Assembly (NCBI GenBank): GCA_025603075.1
Contig: MU626280.1
Location: 62,001 to 126,000 of the forward strand
Direction: 5' to 3'
Length of the DNA stretch: 64,000 nt
DNA from: Neoconidiobolus thromboides FSU 785
Lineage: Eukaryota; Fungi; Entomophthoromycota
The position numbers and the translations under genes are program-made. Numbering within the stretch: position 1 is the stretch's first letter; every line of letters begins with the position of its first letter. The notes beneath the pieces are model-generated. The model ran no database searches. It was not told the DNA's origin and saw only the letters and a program-made list of their open reading frames with translations. Of this stretch, positions 40,905 to 54,378 are shown one piece after another.

Positions 40905-41876
40905 AATAGCATAAGACTAAATACTGTGACTATCAATTGTTTCTTAAAATAAGAAAATAAAAAAATAAAAAAAAGGTAAAAATTAAAATTAAACTTAAAT
41001 TAAACTATGTTATTATCCTATTTTAAGGCGTTTCCAATAAGATTATCTAAGCCTTAAGATCCTTATAAATTTATTGGCTGTATGTTTTAATGATTACCTT
41101 AATAATTGATAGTTTAGACAGAAGGTAGTTTTTCATTACCTAATTATAGCAATATGAGTTATAAAAAGCTACTCATGATCTCATACCTTAAGCTAACTAA
41201 GAATAAGCCAATCAGACCCGTTCCACCCTAAATCGTTTATGCTCAATTTAATAAACCTTATAGCGTTAGATTTGAAATTATCACAACATTGAATGAATAA
41301 TTTAAGATAGTAAGGTTAAATTCAAGTAATAATGAAATGGTGACAAATAGATAGGTGTTTTTTTGTTTAATAAAAATTTTATTTTAAAATAAACAATAAC
41401 AATAGAGTGTGAAATAACTAATATTTTGATATTTAAGGATTATAATCTGAGGTTATTTTTTTAAAGCAGGCTTTAAAAATTGCTTAGTCAACTTCATAAT
41501 ATGAATGTTGTACCAATTCTACTTTATAAAGTTATTCTTTATTAGTTTTCTTAGTTCTTGATTTGGTCTTAGTTTTATAGAATGTTTTTTTTTTACAATT
41601 TGTCCACATTTTAAGCTTAAAAGATGAAAAACTATTATCAATATAAAAATCGATCTTTTCAAAGATTATTGATAATTTAAATATAATTTTTATATTTTGA
41701 ACTATGATTTTTTTTGCTATAGATCTATCTCTATTATTAAAATTATTTAAAAGAATCCAAAGCCACAAATTTCTCTTAATAAGATAAAAATGACAAAATA
41801 GCAATAAAAGTAAAATTAGGAAATATTTGCACTATAAATTATATTCTTAATTTTAATGGAACATAGATTGACTTGT

Positions 41877-44800
41877 TTATTTCTTTGAAATAATAAATTG
41901 TGCTATTTTTTCTTTAAGCTCGGGTTGAGGAACAACCTGCTCAATACTTAAAGCTTGACGATTAAAAGGATCTGTTGAATCTGATAACAGGTGTGCTTTA
42001 ATAGTAGCAAGATCAACAATCATTCCAGAAGATGGTAATAACACTGGTTCTTTCATCATTGTAAACATTAATGGATCTATTTATTTAATCATCAATAAAA
42101 CTATATAACAATTACTAAACCTTCATTACCTAAATACTCTTCTGGTATATCATCAATGGCTTGTTCAATATTACTCTTAGCTTCCTTTTCAACCTGGACC
42201 ATAATATTCTTAAACTCTTGAATCTGTGAATGTTCCAATAGCCCATGTTTAGTAACAACGTTAATAGCACGTTGATAAAGTTCATTTGAGTAAGAACGTC
42301 CATCCTCAGCCAAAGCTGAAACAAAGTCCTTACTTTTCAAATGAACAAAGATCATAAGTAATTGGGAAAGAAGCGCTCTTGGTTGAAATCCATATTCTTT
42401 AGCATTTTTGACTTTTAATTGAGAACACTTGGGGCCAACTAAAGACGTTAAAGTATAATTTAACATGGCTGCTAATCGAGTCACAATTTCCGGGCTTAAA
42501 AATGGAGTGGGTATAAATTCAGTGACATAATTTAATAAGTTAACATTCTTATTGGACAAACCAACATATGACTTTGCCATACGTTCATCTGTTGCTAATA
42601 ATTTTTCTCTTTCTGCTCGGTATTCTTGAGTTTGATTATTCCAAGTGATTGTATCTTCCATTTCAGTTTGAATATCATGAATCTCTGTTAACTTCGAGAT
42701 AGATTCATCTAGCAGATATGTTGTATCATTCATCAGTAAATTCACAAATCTCACAAAAAAATTCATATCCTGGGATAAGCTACGTAGCTGTTGTTGGTGA
42801 TTAGGGTGTTTCCATAGCAACTTTAACAGCTGTGAGATATTATATCGGACATTGAATTTATCGTGGAATTGAGATGATAGCCCAGTTTGCTCGACTTGGA
42901 CATAAAACTTAAGCAAACTCTTTAATAAGTGATTCAATGCTATTGGATTTGAATTCATAGCTGGTCCTAAAATACCTTCTGGTGCCCCTCTTTCTCTCAA
43001 TGGGAAGGTAAAATAGTAAAGTATCTCCACCATCTTTATCTTTAAATAGGGATTGTTGATAGCATCTTGATGGTATAATAATGTGGTAATGAATATAACA
43101 ATTTCTTGTGTACTTTGTCCTAATAGTACATCTGGACAAAATCTAAACCATTAGTTTATTGTTTACGCTTTATATTGCTATAACTTACTTCGCTATGAAC
43201 ACCAAAAACTCAAGAATATCATAGATATAATATTCTGGGAGCATCCTGAACATATCCATTGGTTTACCACCTGGTTGATATATTGGTAGCTGGAACTGAT
43301 TGAAGGGATAGGCGTGTGTGGGATCCAAACATCTTAATAAAAATGCAATTAAGAGTTGATAAAAAGAATAAACATTTCTTAATAAATCATGGTCCAATAA
43401 ATAAGCTTCCAAAGCAAATTTTAAGGCTTTGGTTTCTTCCACTTTGGCTCGGAATCGTTTTAAAATCATTTCATTAAAGTTACCCATAGCTGGGTTATTT
43501 AAGCCTCCCCTACCACTTTCTAATTTTTCTAATTCTTCTTCCATATGTTCCAATTTTTCATAAACATTTTGATAATACGAAATACATTTTAAAAGCCCTA
43601 GATGAAAGCATAATACGTTTAAATGGAATACGTCGCTAATGAAATTGACCCCTGATAAATCCCTATCCTGAAGGTAAACTTTGAACTCATCTTTTGTTGC
43701 GCCTATACGCGCTTCATCTTCAATATCCGCACGGCTAGTCCTTAAATAATAATTCATATCAATTCGTTGAATTTTACTATGCTGAGGGTCCAAAAAGGGC
43801 TGAGAAAACTTTAATAATAATTGATTTATATTATTTAAAAATCGATCACTAGAAACTGTATTCATATCTACTTGCATACCACTTCTTTTTATGTTACTCT
43901 TTAGTATAACTGATATCAACTCAATCACCTTTTCACGTGTTTCTCCACTATTCCTTACCAGTTTATCCATGATATCAAACAATGAATTCTACCAATCTTA
44001 ATATAGAGATATATGAAATAAATAATAACATACCACCAATTGAGTATTTGTGCTTCTTAACGTATAAAATGTAGATTGTACATCAGTTACTACGGATCCT
44101 CCTTGATTGAAAAAATAATCTTTGTGTACAGGATTCTATAAAAAATAAGAAAATATATTAAAATACTAAACAAATTACAGAGTTATCTGGATAAGTAGAT
44201 ATTCTTAATAATGGTCCTAAAAGTAGCCTATGTTCCAATTCATTGGGCGAAATATCGCCTTCTGGAATAAATCCTTCAGCATTAGTTAAAGCTTTAGCAA
44301 ACTCGGGCTTGGAGATAAGTCTATGAATAACCTATATTTGATTATTATATTAAATAGCAAACAAAATTTAAACGTTTTACCTTTATGTATGGATAATAAT
44401 TCCCTGAGACCGGAGTATTATATAGAGTTATGTTTAAGTGCTGGAAAACTTCTCTAATAAACTTACAAAGTTAATATTTCATATAACGTTATTTTCGACT
44501 TACATCTTCTAAACCATCATCTTTAAATCGGACAATTAAACTGTCTAAAAAAGCTTCAGAGATTGTGTTTGGATCTTCAGCAAGTGGAAACTTTAATAGA
44601 ATATCAACAAACCAATTAATAGAAGGACTAAAATAATATAAGTACATCGAAAAACAGATATTAAAAACTCACCTCTCTTGTGCAAACATATCCTGGAAAA
44701 TAATAGAAAGCCCAAAATATGAAGTAGCAAGAGTATTAGAATATTCTAAGCTACTTAAGCGACTCCCTAATACTTCTTTTGCTAAGTTTCTTGATCCTTT

Positions 44801-45162
44801 AATTTGTAAATTATTATAGATTTCTTGTCCTTTTTTGAAACATTTATAAAGATACTCTCCAATATTCAATTGAGCCTTTTCCAAATAACTTATTATTGCT
44901 CGATCCAGTACTTCTCTGGTTATTAATTTGGGCTGAGATACTAAATATGCTAGTTAATATAAGAACAAATTTCATGATAACTGCTCTCACCTTCTTCACT
45001 TTCCAACTCTGCTCTTAACTCTGCTAAAAAATAACCAGGCTCAGTTTCCTATTTTGAACAATTAGTAAAGGGATAGAGGGGTTTATCAAAGTTTACATTT
45101 AAATTAAACTCAAAGATCTTGCTGAATGCATTGTTTTCCCATTCTTCTAAACTTTTTGCCAT
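41877..45162 (-). CDS. UFD2: U-box ubiquitin chain elongation factor E4, multi-exon
   Basis: Ufd2P core (NFISDVFHL, MLPEYYIYDILEF, FHDKFNVRYNISQLLK, FVRFVNLLMNDTTYLLDE, RLAAMLNY, VGPKCSQLKVKN) and U-box (PLMFTMMKEPVLLPSS...DPFNRQAL). Confidence 0.97.
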
Positions 45163-45448
45163 TTTCACTAAAAAATATAAAAGCTGAAGTCATCAATTTT
45201 GGCTTATATAAGATATTCCTTAAAGTAGTGATGCAAAATTTCAACTGAAAAAATGGTGTTTCTGCCGAAATAGTAATTTTAATTTGTAACTTCTAATAAG
45301 GAGCTGATTTTTTGATTGGGATTTATTTTTTTCTCAAAGCAGTAGTAACTTTGCAAAATTAACATTTACTGTTGTAATCTGTTACTTTCAGAAAAAAAGT
45401 TTTGGATTTTTTCACATTTTCCGTCATTACTTATACAATACTATATAA

Positions 45449-45536
45449 TAATATATTTTTCTTGTTTAAGACTAATAATTTTCTACTTAAACAGCACTAA
45501 AAAATAGAAAAAGCGATGAAACCAAAAAACACTCTC
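45449..45536. mobile_element. MITE family copy 9 (left end eroded)
   Basis: TTGTTTAAG...CTACTTAAACAGCACTAAAAAATAGAAAAAGCGATGAAACCAAAAAACACTCTC. Confidence 0.65.
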
Positions 45537-45718
45537 ATACAATATTTTTTGTTAACTTATAGTCACTAAAACTTGATGCTAGATGTTCCAAAGAATTCAG
45601 TAATAATGCTTTTATAAATTTACTAAATGATAGTGAGAAATTAAAAAAATTGTATTATGCTTGTAACTAGATAGCATTTTTAAATTATGTAGTAAAGTCT
45701 TACTAGAATTTAGCATTT

Positions 45719-45816
45719 GGGGATGTATTTTTGTGTCTAAGAATTTTACTAACAAATTTTCCGCTTAAATAGCGCTTAAAAAATGGAAAAAATAATGAAG
45801 TCAAAAAAACGTTCCC
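45719..45816. mobile_element. MITE family copy 10
   Basis: GGGGATGT...ACGTTCCC; TSD ATTT/ATTT. Confidence 0.85.
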
Positions 45817-46174
45817 ATTTACATAAATAGTTTCCATAAATTACAAAACTCAATGATTTATCTTACATAATTTGAAGCTGTTTGTCTTGGAATAAATATA
45901 ATATTATAATTTATAAAATCATAATCATAGAGCTAAATGTAGCTTATTAAACCTTTGACTTGTACAAGAGAATCATTTTTAAATTATTTTAGTAGTATGT
46001 TTCCGTTTAAATGTGGAAGAAAATCTTAAAGGAGTTTACCAGATACTTATTTAACCAAATTTATTGATATTTTTTGCTCAAATTTTTCAGAAATGTTTAG
46101 TAGCATTGAGCTTTAATGGCTATAAAAAGCATACCATTTCTTTAACAAAATTTTAATTATACTATTGATTCTAA

Positions 46175-47750
46175 TCAAGAAGTACCATTAGGGTTAGGTG
46201 TAGTAATAACATCTTTGAAGCACTCTTCAACCAAGTTAAAAGGCTTATTTTTAATTGACTCTGGCAAGTAGGCTTCAAACCCGCCAACTAGTTGCAAGTT
46301 GTTATCTAAATAGTTCAAAAATTCATGAATGGAGCAGCCGGACTCTGGGCACCAAGAAGTAACCAAAGATTTGCCATTATAGAACATACGAATAAAGTAT
46401 TGATTTAAGATGCTGTTTTTACTCTTATACTTCTTACTATCTTTTTTCCATAATTCAACTTGAATGTTTGAAGAATAGGGTGGCCAGCGCATTTCAGTAG
46501 AATTTAAGGCACCTAACAATGGAATAACTGAGGTATCATGACCGGAATAGTAGTAGATCTTCTTTAGTTGACCCATCATTGAGTAAGCAGGATGGTTGAA
46601 GTCGATAATTTTGTCACTTTTTTCAAGGTTAGCAATATGAGCCAAAAACTTGCGTTTCATTTCTAATAAAAAGGGACCCATTCTTAATTTAGCTAACAAT
46701 GGGAATTGAACCTCATTATCACGATACAAGATACGATACTGACCATTGGAGGCTATCATGGTGTTATCAACCATAGCTGGAGTAACACAATTATCAGGGT
46801 CTCTCTTTGAGCAGATGTTTTTTTTGTTATGACATTTACGAACTTGGAAAACATCAGTGAAATAGAAGAAATTAAAAGGCCTATTATACTCGAATTTTTT
46901 GGTACTGTTTGAGTCGTATACCATATCTAAGAATTGTTTACGGTCAGGCAAAGTAAAATTTATCAACTCTTTCATTGCTTTTGATTGTTTAACTTTTTTT
47001 TCCAAAATAGCAATATTTGGACAATTCTTTGGATTTGGAACCATGTACTCAATCTCAGCTGGTAAGGTAAAGATAGGTAGTTCCAAGTTTCGGAATTGAG
47101 CTGGATCAAATTGAGTGTTATAATTGGGTGGAAACATACCGGACATTAAAGAAACAGCAGATTGATGGGTACGCCAAACGTCACTAGCGCGAACTAAGAT
47201 ATCTTTTTGGTTTTCTATCCAAGTTTCTTGAATTAAACCTGTCTTTTCATGGTAGATCTTTTTCAAGCTTTGTCCTAATTTAACTTGGTAGGCCATTCCT
47301 TTTGGAGTTAATTGGCCAGTAGAACAATTTCCAGGCCAGAATAAACTGGAGTATGGGTTTAAACTACAGTAATTAAATGGTGAGACGTTAGGGTCACAGT
47401 TGTTTTGATAGTATTTGGTGCTTGGTTTGAAGGTTAAGTTATCAACATGGGACTGTTCCAAAGCACAGTTCCAAGGTTCGTCCTCGTACCCCTCTGGAAG
47501 CATATTGTAGGGCGTACGATCACCATGACGATTCATCCATACCGATGTAAGTAATTTCCCGTTTTTGAACTAAATCAAGATTAGGTTATATAGTTTTGAA
47601 TTAGTAAATAAAGCTTACCATTGGCTGATAAGTGTCTGGGTTGGGTAGTCCAGCTTCACAATAGTCATACCCATCAAGTTTATCATTCTCGTAACCTGGA
47701 TAGTTGCTAGTTACTACACTAGCAACTAACAGTAAAAATAAATTTAACAT
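46175..47750 (-). CDS. Secreted histidine acid phosphatase (2 exons)
   Basis: Signal peptide MLNLFLLLVASVVTS; RHGDRTP catalytic motif; YSGHDTSV; WPPYSSNIQVELW. Confidence 0.95.
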
Positions 47751-48546
47751 GATGTGTTTTTTTAATTTAATAAACAAAGAATTCTTGGTATATTTTTCCA
47801 CATTTATACTTTATAATATTTAAAGTTAAGGTGATGTAAGTTTCAAAAACTTCTTGTCAGTTCATTTTTCATATTCCTTATTCTTTAATATTTGAATTAT
47901 ATTAGTTTCAATAAACTTACCCCTACATTTTTTTTAAAATTTCACTTAGGAATAATTATTTTTTCTATTTTATTATCAAAAGTACAGCACCTGATTTTAT
48001 ATAGTGAATAATATCAGAATATTATTGAATGTTTATTCACTAGTGAGGATTATTATTTTAGTTTTAAAATAAGTGTCTCTATAGTATGAGACGAAAGTGA
48101 TTCTATGGTGTACTTACAATTTTAAATAAAGCAAAATATTACAGAAAAGTCGGAAAAAATATGATATAGTAGGGATCACGAAAAGTTTTGGAAATTTTTA
48201 TAACTTTTCAAAGATGATTGTTTTTTTTTGAAACCCAAGTATAAACTGAAGCATATAGGATACTTTGTGTGTTGAATCTTCAAATCATGATATTTCCTCT
48301 TTATTGGGATATCACTATTTGAAATTACATTTTTTTAAAATAAATCTTATTTTGACATGAATTTTTCAAAAATAAAAATAAAACATAAAAATTAATAAAA
48401 GGGTATATAAATTATTCAAGAGGTCCTGCTCTTTTAAAAAATATTTTTTATTGATAACAATAATTAAACACGAGAAAATCGAAGCTAAAGACTAACTAGT
48501 ATAAGCAATTTCAAATTTCAATAACTTGTTAACTATTTAACAATAT

Positions 48547-48644
48547 GGGGATGTATTTTTTTGTTTAAGAATTTTACCAACGATCTTTCCACTCAAATAG
48601 TGCTTAAAAAATGGAAAAATAATGAAACTAAAAAAAACAGCCTC
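48547..48644. mobile_element. MITE family copy 11
   Basis: GGGGATGT...ACAGCCTC; TSD ATAT/ATAT. Confidence 0.85.
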
Positions 48645-48991
48645 ATATTATAATAAAATAACAAAATAACAAAATCATACTATGATTTATTAAATTTATG
48701 ACGTTCAGTTGAAGTGTTTCACAAGACTGTTATAAAAAAAGTCAGTTAAAAAATATTGATTAAATTAAAAATAAAAATAAGCACTCTTCAAATACCTGAC
48801 TTTACGTTTAGTTTTAATTTTAATTTTAACTTAGTTTTAATTTCTTCAACCTTGACTTTTTTAATTTTAATAAATTTATTATAAAATGCCACTTTATCAG
48901 TTTTATAGTTATATTACAATAGCTGAAGTATTTATAAAATTAAATTAATTCAATTAGCTTTAAATAATTTTGCTATCAAAATTTAATATAT

Positions 48992-49089
48992 GGGGATATT
49001 TTTTTGGGTTCATTACTTTTTCCATTTTTTAAGCACTATTTGAGTGGAAAGATTGTTAGTAAAATTCTTAAACACAAAAAAACATCCCC
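48992..49089. mobile_element. MITE family copy 12 (inverted relative to copy 11)
   Basis: GGGGATAT...ACATCCCC; flanks ATAT/ATTA. Confidence 0.85.
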
Positions 49090-49960
49090 ATTATTATATT
49101 TTTTAAATTTTATTATATTAAATATAATAAAATTATTTATATTTTTTAATCCTATTTTTGTATTAGCTTTATATAATTTATTAATAATATAAGCTATTTT
49201 TCCTTTTCTTATATAGTTTATTTAGTTATGTGAAATATCGCTTTGTCAGTCCCATGGTTAATTATAGCATAACAATCGCCTAAGCTGTTGTGTTCTTGAG
49301 TTCAGAGAAAATCAATCCCATGTTCTTAGTTTGATTTGCTATGAGAATTTCTAGCTCCATCACAAAGGATATTTATTATCTTCTCATTTTGATATTTATA
49401 CTTTTCAGAGTATAAAAGAGTTTACAGAGTATAGTAGTTCGAGGCTTTTTAACTGAATTATTACCTGATATCTCAAACATTTAATAAAGCCACTAAGTTT
49501 TCTTAATAGTATTTTACATAGGTTTTACATTAATATTGTCTATTCTATTTGTCTTATATAGCTTGTAACCTATTACGTGCTATTCCTCATAACCCAGGTC
49601 TATTTTAGTCACATAAACTAAGACCTTTCGACTTATAGTGTAGTCAACCCAGCAATAGCTGTTCTTGACTCCAAACCCTGAGTACCAGATTTCACAGTTA
49701 TTAGATGTTATTTTTTTTATTTGAAAGCTTACTTTATTATTAAAACTAAAATTTTTTAGCCTATTATAAACAATTAAAATTTTTGTAATTTTTTTAACTG
49801 ATGTTTAATTAATAAAGCTAAAAAGTTAATTTATATAGTTATAATAATTTTTAAATAATTGAAATAATATAAGAATGTTTTTTATTTATTTATTTATTTT
49901 AATATTTTTTCAATATCTGAAAATTAGTCAATTAATACAATCATTTAAATTCAGATATAT

Positions 49961-50054
49961 AGGGATATACTTTTTTGTGAGAATTTTGCTAACAATCTTT
50001 CCACTCAAATAGCGCTTAAAAATGGAAAAGTAATGAAATCAAAAAAATATCCCC
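49961..50054. mobile_element. MITE family copy 13
   Basis: AGGGATAT...ATATCCCC; flanks ATAT/ATAG. Confidence 0.8.
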
Positions 50055-50731
50055 ATAGAGAACTTTAAACTAGTTATATCTGAATTTAGAAATACAATAA
50101 TTAAGTGACAATATTATCTAATTAAATTTCTTATATGAATTATAAGTAAATTAATTATAAAGCTGTAATTAATTTTATAAATAACTTAAGTACTTATTAT
50201 GTTATAATCAATTATAAAGCTGGTAAGGCAATGTTTTTTAAAATAAAAAAATTAACTTTTTAATGTATTATTTCTTTTATTTGAAATTTTTTTAATATGA
50301 GTTTAAAAATATGATGAAGCTGTTATCTTTATATTCATATTAAAACAGCCTAACTATAACTTAAAAACAATAAAAAACTTTTAAATGGAAGCTGCTTTAT
50401 AATGTTTAGTTATGTTAATTTTAACTTGTCAATATCTGAAATAGAGAGCATAAACACAAGTATACCAATTTTACAGATTTGGTAGTATAAAAGCTAAAAA
50501 TATTATCACGTCCACTTTGTGAGATATTTTTTATAAAGATGAATGTTTTGAGTGCTATTATCTGAAGAAAATTATATACATTTTTACTCACTTATTTATT
50601 AGGTTTAACTTTGTTCAAAATTTGCAATCCTTTACCTTTAACCAATCAAAATGACCCACTTCAGGGTGATAATTTACCAAAAAGCATCTAACATCAATGT
50701 GTAAAATTACAAAATCAATTTTTGATAACTA

Positions 50732-51184
50732 ATGAGTTTGGTAGTTCATATTTTTATAATTGGAACAAAAACTAAAAAAGAAGTAGGCTGAAGTAGAAAA
50801 TACATTTAAAAGGATATTGACACGTAAAGGAGTTAAAGGAGTACTTATAGTTACAAGAGAGGAAGGCCTGGTTATCAAAAGTTCTTTAGAAGAAGAGTTA
50901 GGGAAGAAATATGCTAAAGTAATCAAAAATTTGATTAAAGTGGCACAAGAATCAATTGTTGAGATTGAGGAGCAAGTGAGTCTTACATCTTTAATAAGTT
51001 TATCTTATTTATTATTTTAGGACTTTCTTAAATTCCTTAGAATTAGAACTGATAAACATGAAATAATGGTATCTCCAGGTAAGAAGTTTTTATTTAAAAA
51101 ATCATTTTCGACTGATAAATTTATTTAGCTGCTGAATATATACTTGTTGTAGTACAAGACCCAAGCGAACTCCATGGACAGTAA
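50732..51184 (+). CDS. DYNLRB: Dynein light chain roadblock type (4 exons)
   Basis: MSL/AEVENTFKRILTRKGVKGVLIV...E/DFLKFLRIRTDKHEIMVSP/..EYILVVVQDP. Confidence 0.93.
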
Positions 51185-51549
51185 ATCAGCAGTAAAATAA
51201 TAATTTACCAAAAGTTATTAAGTTATTAAATCGTCTTTTTAAATTGTTTTAAATTTGATTAGCAGAATTTTAGAAGCATCAAAATAAAATACAATGGGTT
51301 CTAATTATAATACACTTATTTAATTTCAGTATATAATACTATTTATCCTATAAAACATTTGGAAATTTGAGGTGTAAGGCCTTAGAATTTACACTTTGAG
51401 GTTTGGGATAAAATAAAAGACATAACCATTCAAAGGTGTTTCTTAATATTTTGTTTATTGCAGTAATTTCAAATCTATGCTTTAGTTAAAATTAATATAA
51501 TATATCATAAATAAATATTAAGATATTGGTTTATTTGAGTTTTTTTTGA

Positions 51550-53430
51550 TTAAAAGCTAGTAGGTAAATCTCCTTTACCACCAGCTTCTGTATAAACAAG
51601 TTTCGAAATAGCAATAGCTAAGTCATCACATTCTTGACGAGTATTTGCTTCAGCATATACTCTTACAACATCTTCAGTACCAGAAGGTCTAACAAAAGAG
51701 CGACCCTTGTTATATTTGGCAACAATTTGATCAATCTTCTCTTGAAGACCAGCTGGGTGAGTTAATTTACGTTCTGCATCAGTGGTTTGGAAAACATTAC
51801 GATCTTGAACTACAACCTTGGCCAATCTATTTGGAAGATCGGTGTAGGCAGTATCCCATTCACTTAAGCTCCAGTTACGATGTGCAAGAATAACCTCAAC
51901 CAAAAGCATATCTGAAAGGGCATCACCAACAGCTTGATTGATAAGGTCTAATACAGCAGCGAGGCTAGCAAGGGCCTCTGCTTGAGCAGGAGATTGGGTT
52001 TTATGATTTTCAATGGCGCTTAAAGCAGAAGGACCGAAAAGGACTGTACCATGGCCATTGGCTTCAAAGTAAACACCAATATCAAAGCTTTCAGCTTCAT
52101 GATGAAGATGTTTAACTCCAGTTTTGGCACATGCTACAGGAACTTTTAAAGTATCTTTAAGGTAAGCAGTAGAGCTACCATTAGCATAAGCAGTTTGTAC
52201 AACACCTACTTGGAGATGACCCAATCCAGCAGCATTGACTAATTCAATTAAAAACATAGCTGCAAGGGTAGAAATTTTGTCACCATCCAATAGTTTTAAT
52301 GAGTGGTTAGTTGGATCAGTGTAAAAGTAAATAACGCGATCAGCATCGCCGTCTAAGGCACAATAACGAGCTTTAACATCTGGCTGGACTTGGTTTGGGA
52401 ATTTAAAGGTGGTTTTGACGTAATCAGCACCAGACTAATTAATTTTATAAATGAAAATAATAAATAGTTCATAATCTTGCTTACTTGATAGTTAAGTTTT
52501 TCTTGTGAATCGATATCGTCATTAGTAATATTAATTTGTAAATATTTGATACCAATTTCTTCGGCTAACTTTTTAAGTTTAGGTGCTCCAACACCATTTG
52601 CACAATCAACAGTTAATGGTGAAGGTGGATTTCTCCCTTTCTATTTAAAAAATAAATATAGATTAAAAATATCAAAAATACTACATACGAGAAGAGTTTT
52701 GAAGGCGCCAGAAAGCTTGCTATAGTATCCAGCTTCAGTAGGTTCTCCATAAGGTTTAGGAGTATTGGCGGTATTTAAACATCTTACAATATAATGGAGC
52801 TGAGGGGTAGTAAGTACGCCTTCATCTTTATATTCTGAGCCAACAGCTTGGAGACCGTGAACCAAAGATTCAATAAGCTTAGGTCCAGAAGGTCTTTTAA
52901 AGAGGTCAAATGTTGAGTATTTGTAATATTATAAAAATACCTTGTATCACGACCAATGATTACATGGGCTGGTGTAGAGTTATCAATTGAAAGCTCGGTA
53001 GAAAGCTCTTCAACATATTTTAAAAGTTCATCTGGATCTGCAATATTGGCTAATTTTGTAACATAGGCTTCCCAAGATTGTTCCAACATCTCACCTAAAG
53101 GATCAACGACTTTGACGCCATTATCCTTAAAAATAAATAAACTTAAATATAAATGCTAAAAATTTATTACTTGTGCTGGGTTATGGGAAGCAGTTACCAT
53201 AACACCTATTGTTTTTCCACCTAATTTTCTAGATCTTAATGCAGCAATCAAACCAACCCTAAAAAATACAGGATCAAGAAGTTCACTCCTTTAAAATTTA
53301 TTAATACTAAAATATTAAGTTTAAAGCTTTTTTACTTCATACGAAAACCAGCGGTACCATAAGAATATTGGATATTTGACTTAGGATGGTTTTTAGCAAG
53401 AGTCACGAAATTTGTTTTATCAATGGCCAT
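51550..53430 (-). CDS. PCM1: Phosphoacetylglucosamine mutase, multi-exon
   Basis: YSYGTAGFR; [19 protein letters not shown]; IGRDTR; LTTPQLHY; DCANGVG; [12 protein letters not shown]; FEANGHGT; [19 protein letters not shown]. Confidence 0.98.
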
Positions 53431-54113
53431 TTTTAATAATTCTATAAAAAATAAAGATGTTAGCGGTTTATATAGTTTTTAAATTCCTTTTCCACATCAC
53501 CACTATTTTTATTTGCTCTATTTTTAGTTAGCATTTGTCTCCTATTGGTTAATATTCTACAACATGTCATAAACCTTATCATTCATTAGATTTATTAATA
53601 AAGTTAAATTAAATGATGGAACTACTATATGATTATAAAGCAAATGTAATATTTCACTATACTTGAGATAAAAGTCTGATATGAAAACATTTCTTTAAAA
53701 TTAATGATAAAAGGGATCCCATTTACTCAAGATTGGTACCAAGTCAATATAGTATTAGCTAAAAAATCGGGAAATTTATTATCACAACTAAAGAATAGTA
53801 TAAGAAACTGTGAAGGAATAGCCAAATGAAATAAAAATAGATTCTATGATACGAAGAATAATAAAGAATGAATAAAGAATACAAAAATAGTAAATTTTGA
53901 GAACTTTATAAACAATTGTACATTTTAAAGTATTAAATACTAATCATAGAAGCATTTTTTATTTTCTTAATTCTAATTTTTAGCTATTTAAAATTTTGAA
54001 TGCTTTAATATTTTAAAATAAAAATAGATTAATGTGAGCAAGGCAACAATTAATGCTAGTTTTATACCTTAATATGGATTGTAATATATATAATAATCAC
54101 AACTCAATCATCA

Positions 54114-54168
54114 TACTCAAATAATATTTAAAAGAAGGAAAAAATGATGAACTCAGAAAAACATCTCC
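54114..54168. mobile_element. MITE family copy 14 (right half only)
   Basis: CTCAAATAATATTTAAAAGAAGGAAAAAATGATGAACTCAGAAAAACATCTCC followed by ATAT. Confidence 0.6.
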
Positions 54169-54378
54169 ATATATTTCATGGAAATTTATTTCTTTAACCC
54201 TAATAACTATTTTATGTATTGCTACATTTTATCCTTAAGGTGCTCATTATCTATTAAAATGCAGAACATATTTACGTTATGTTAGATTTATTAACAACAT
54301 TTAAATAAAAATTAATACTTAAAGTTTACTTTTGTATCTACATATAACATTTTTTTTCAATTATATATTTTGTAAATT

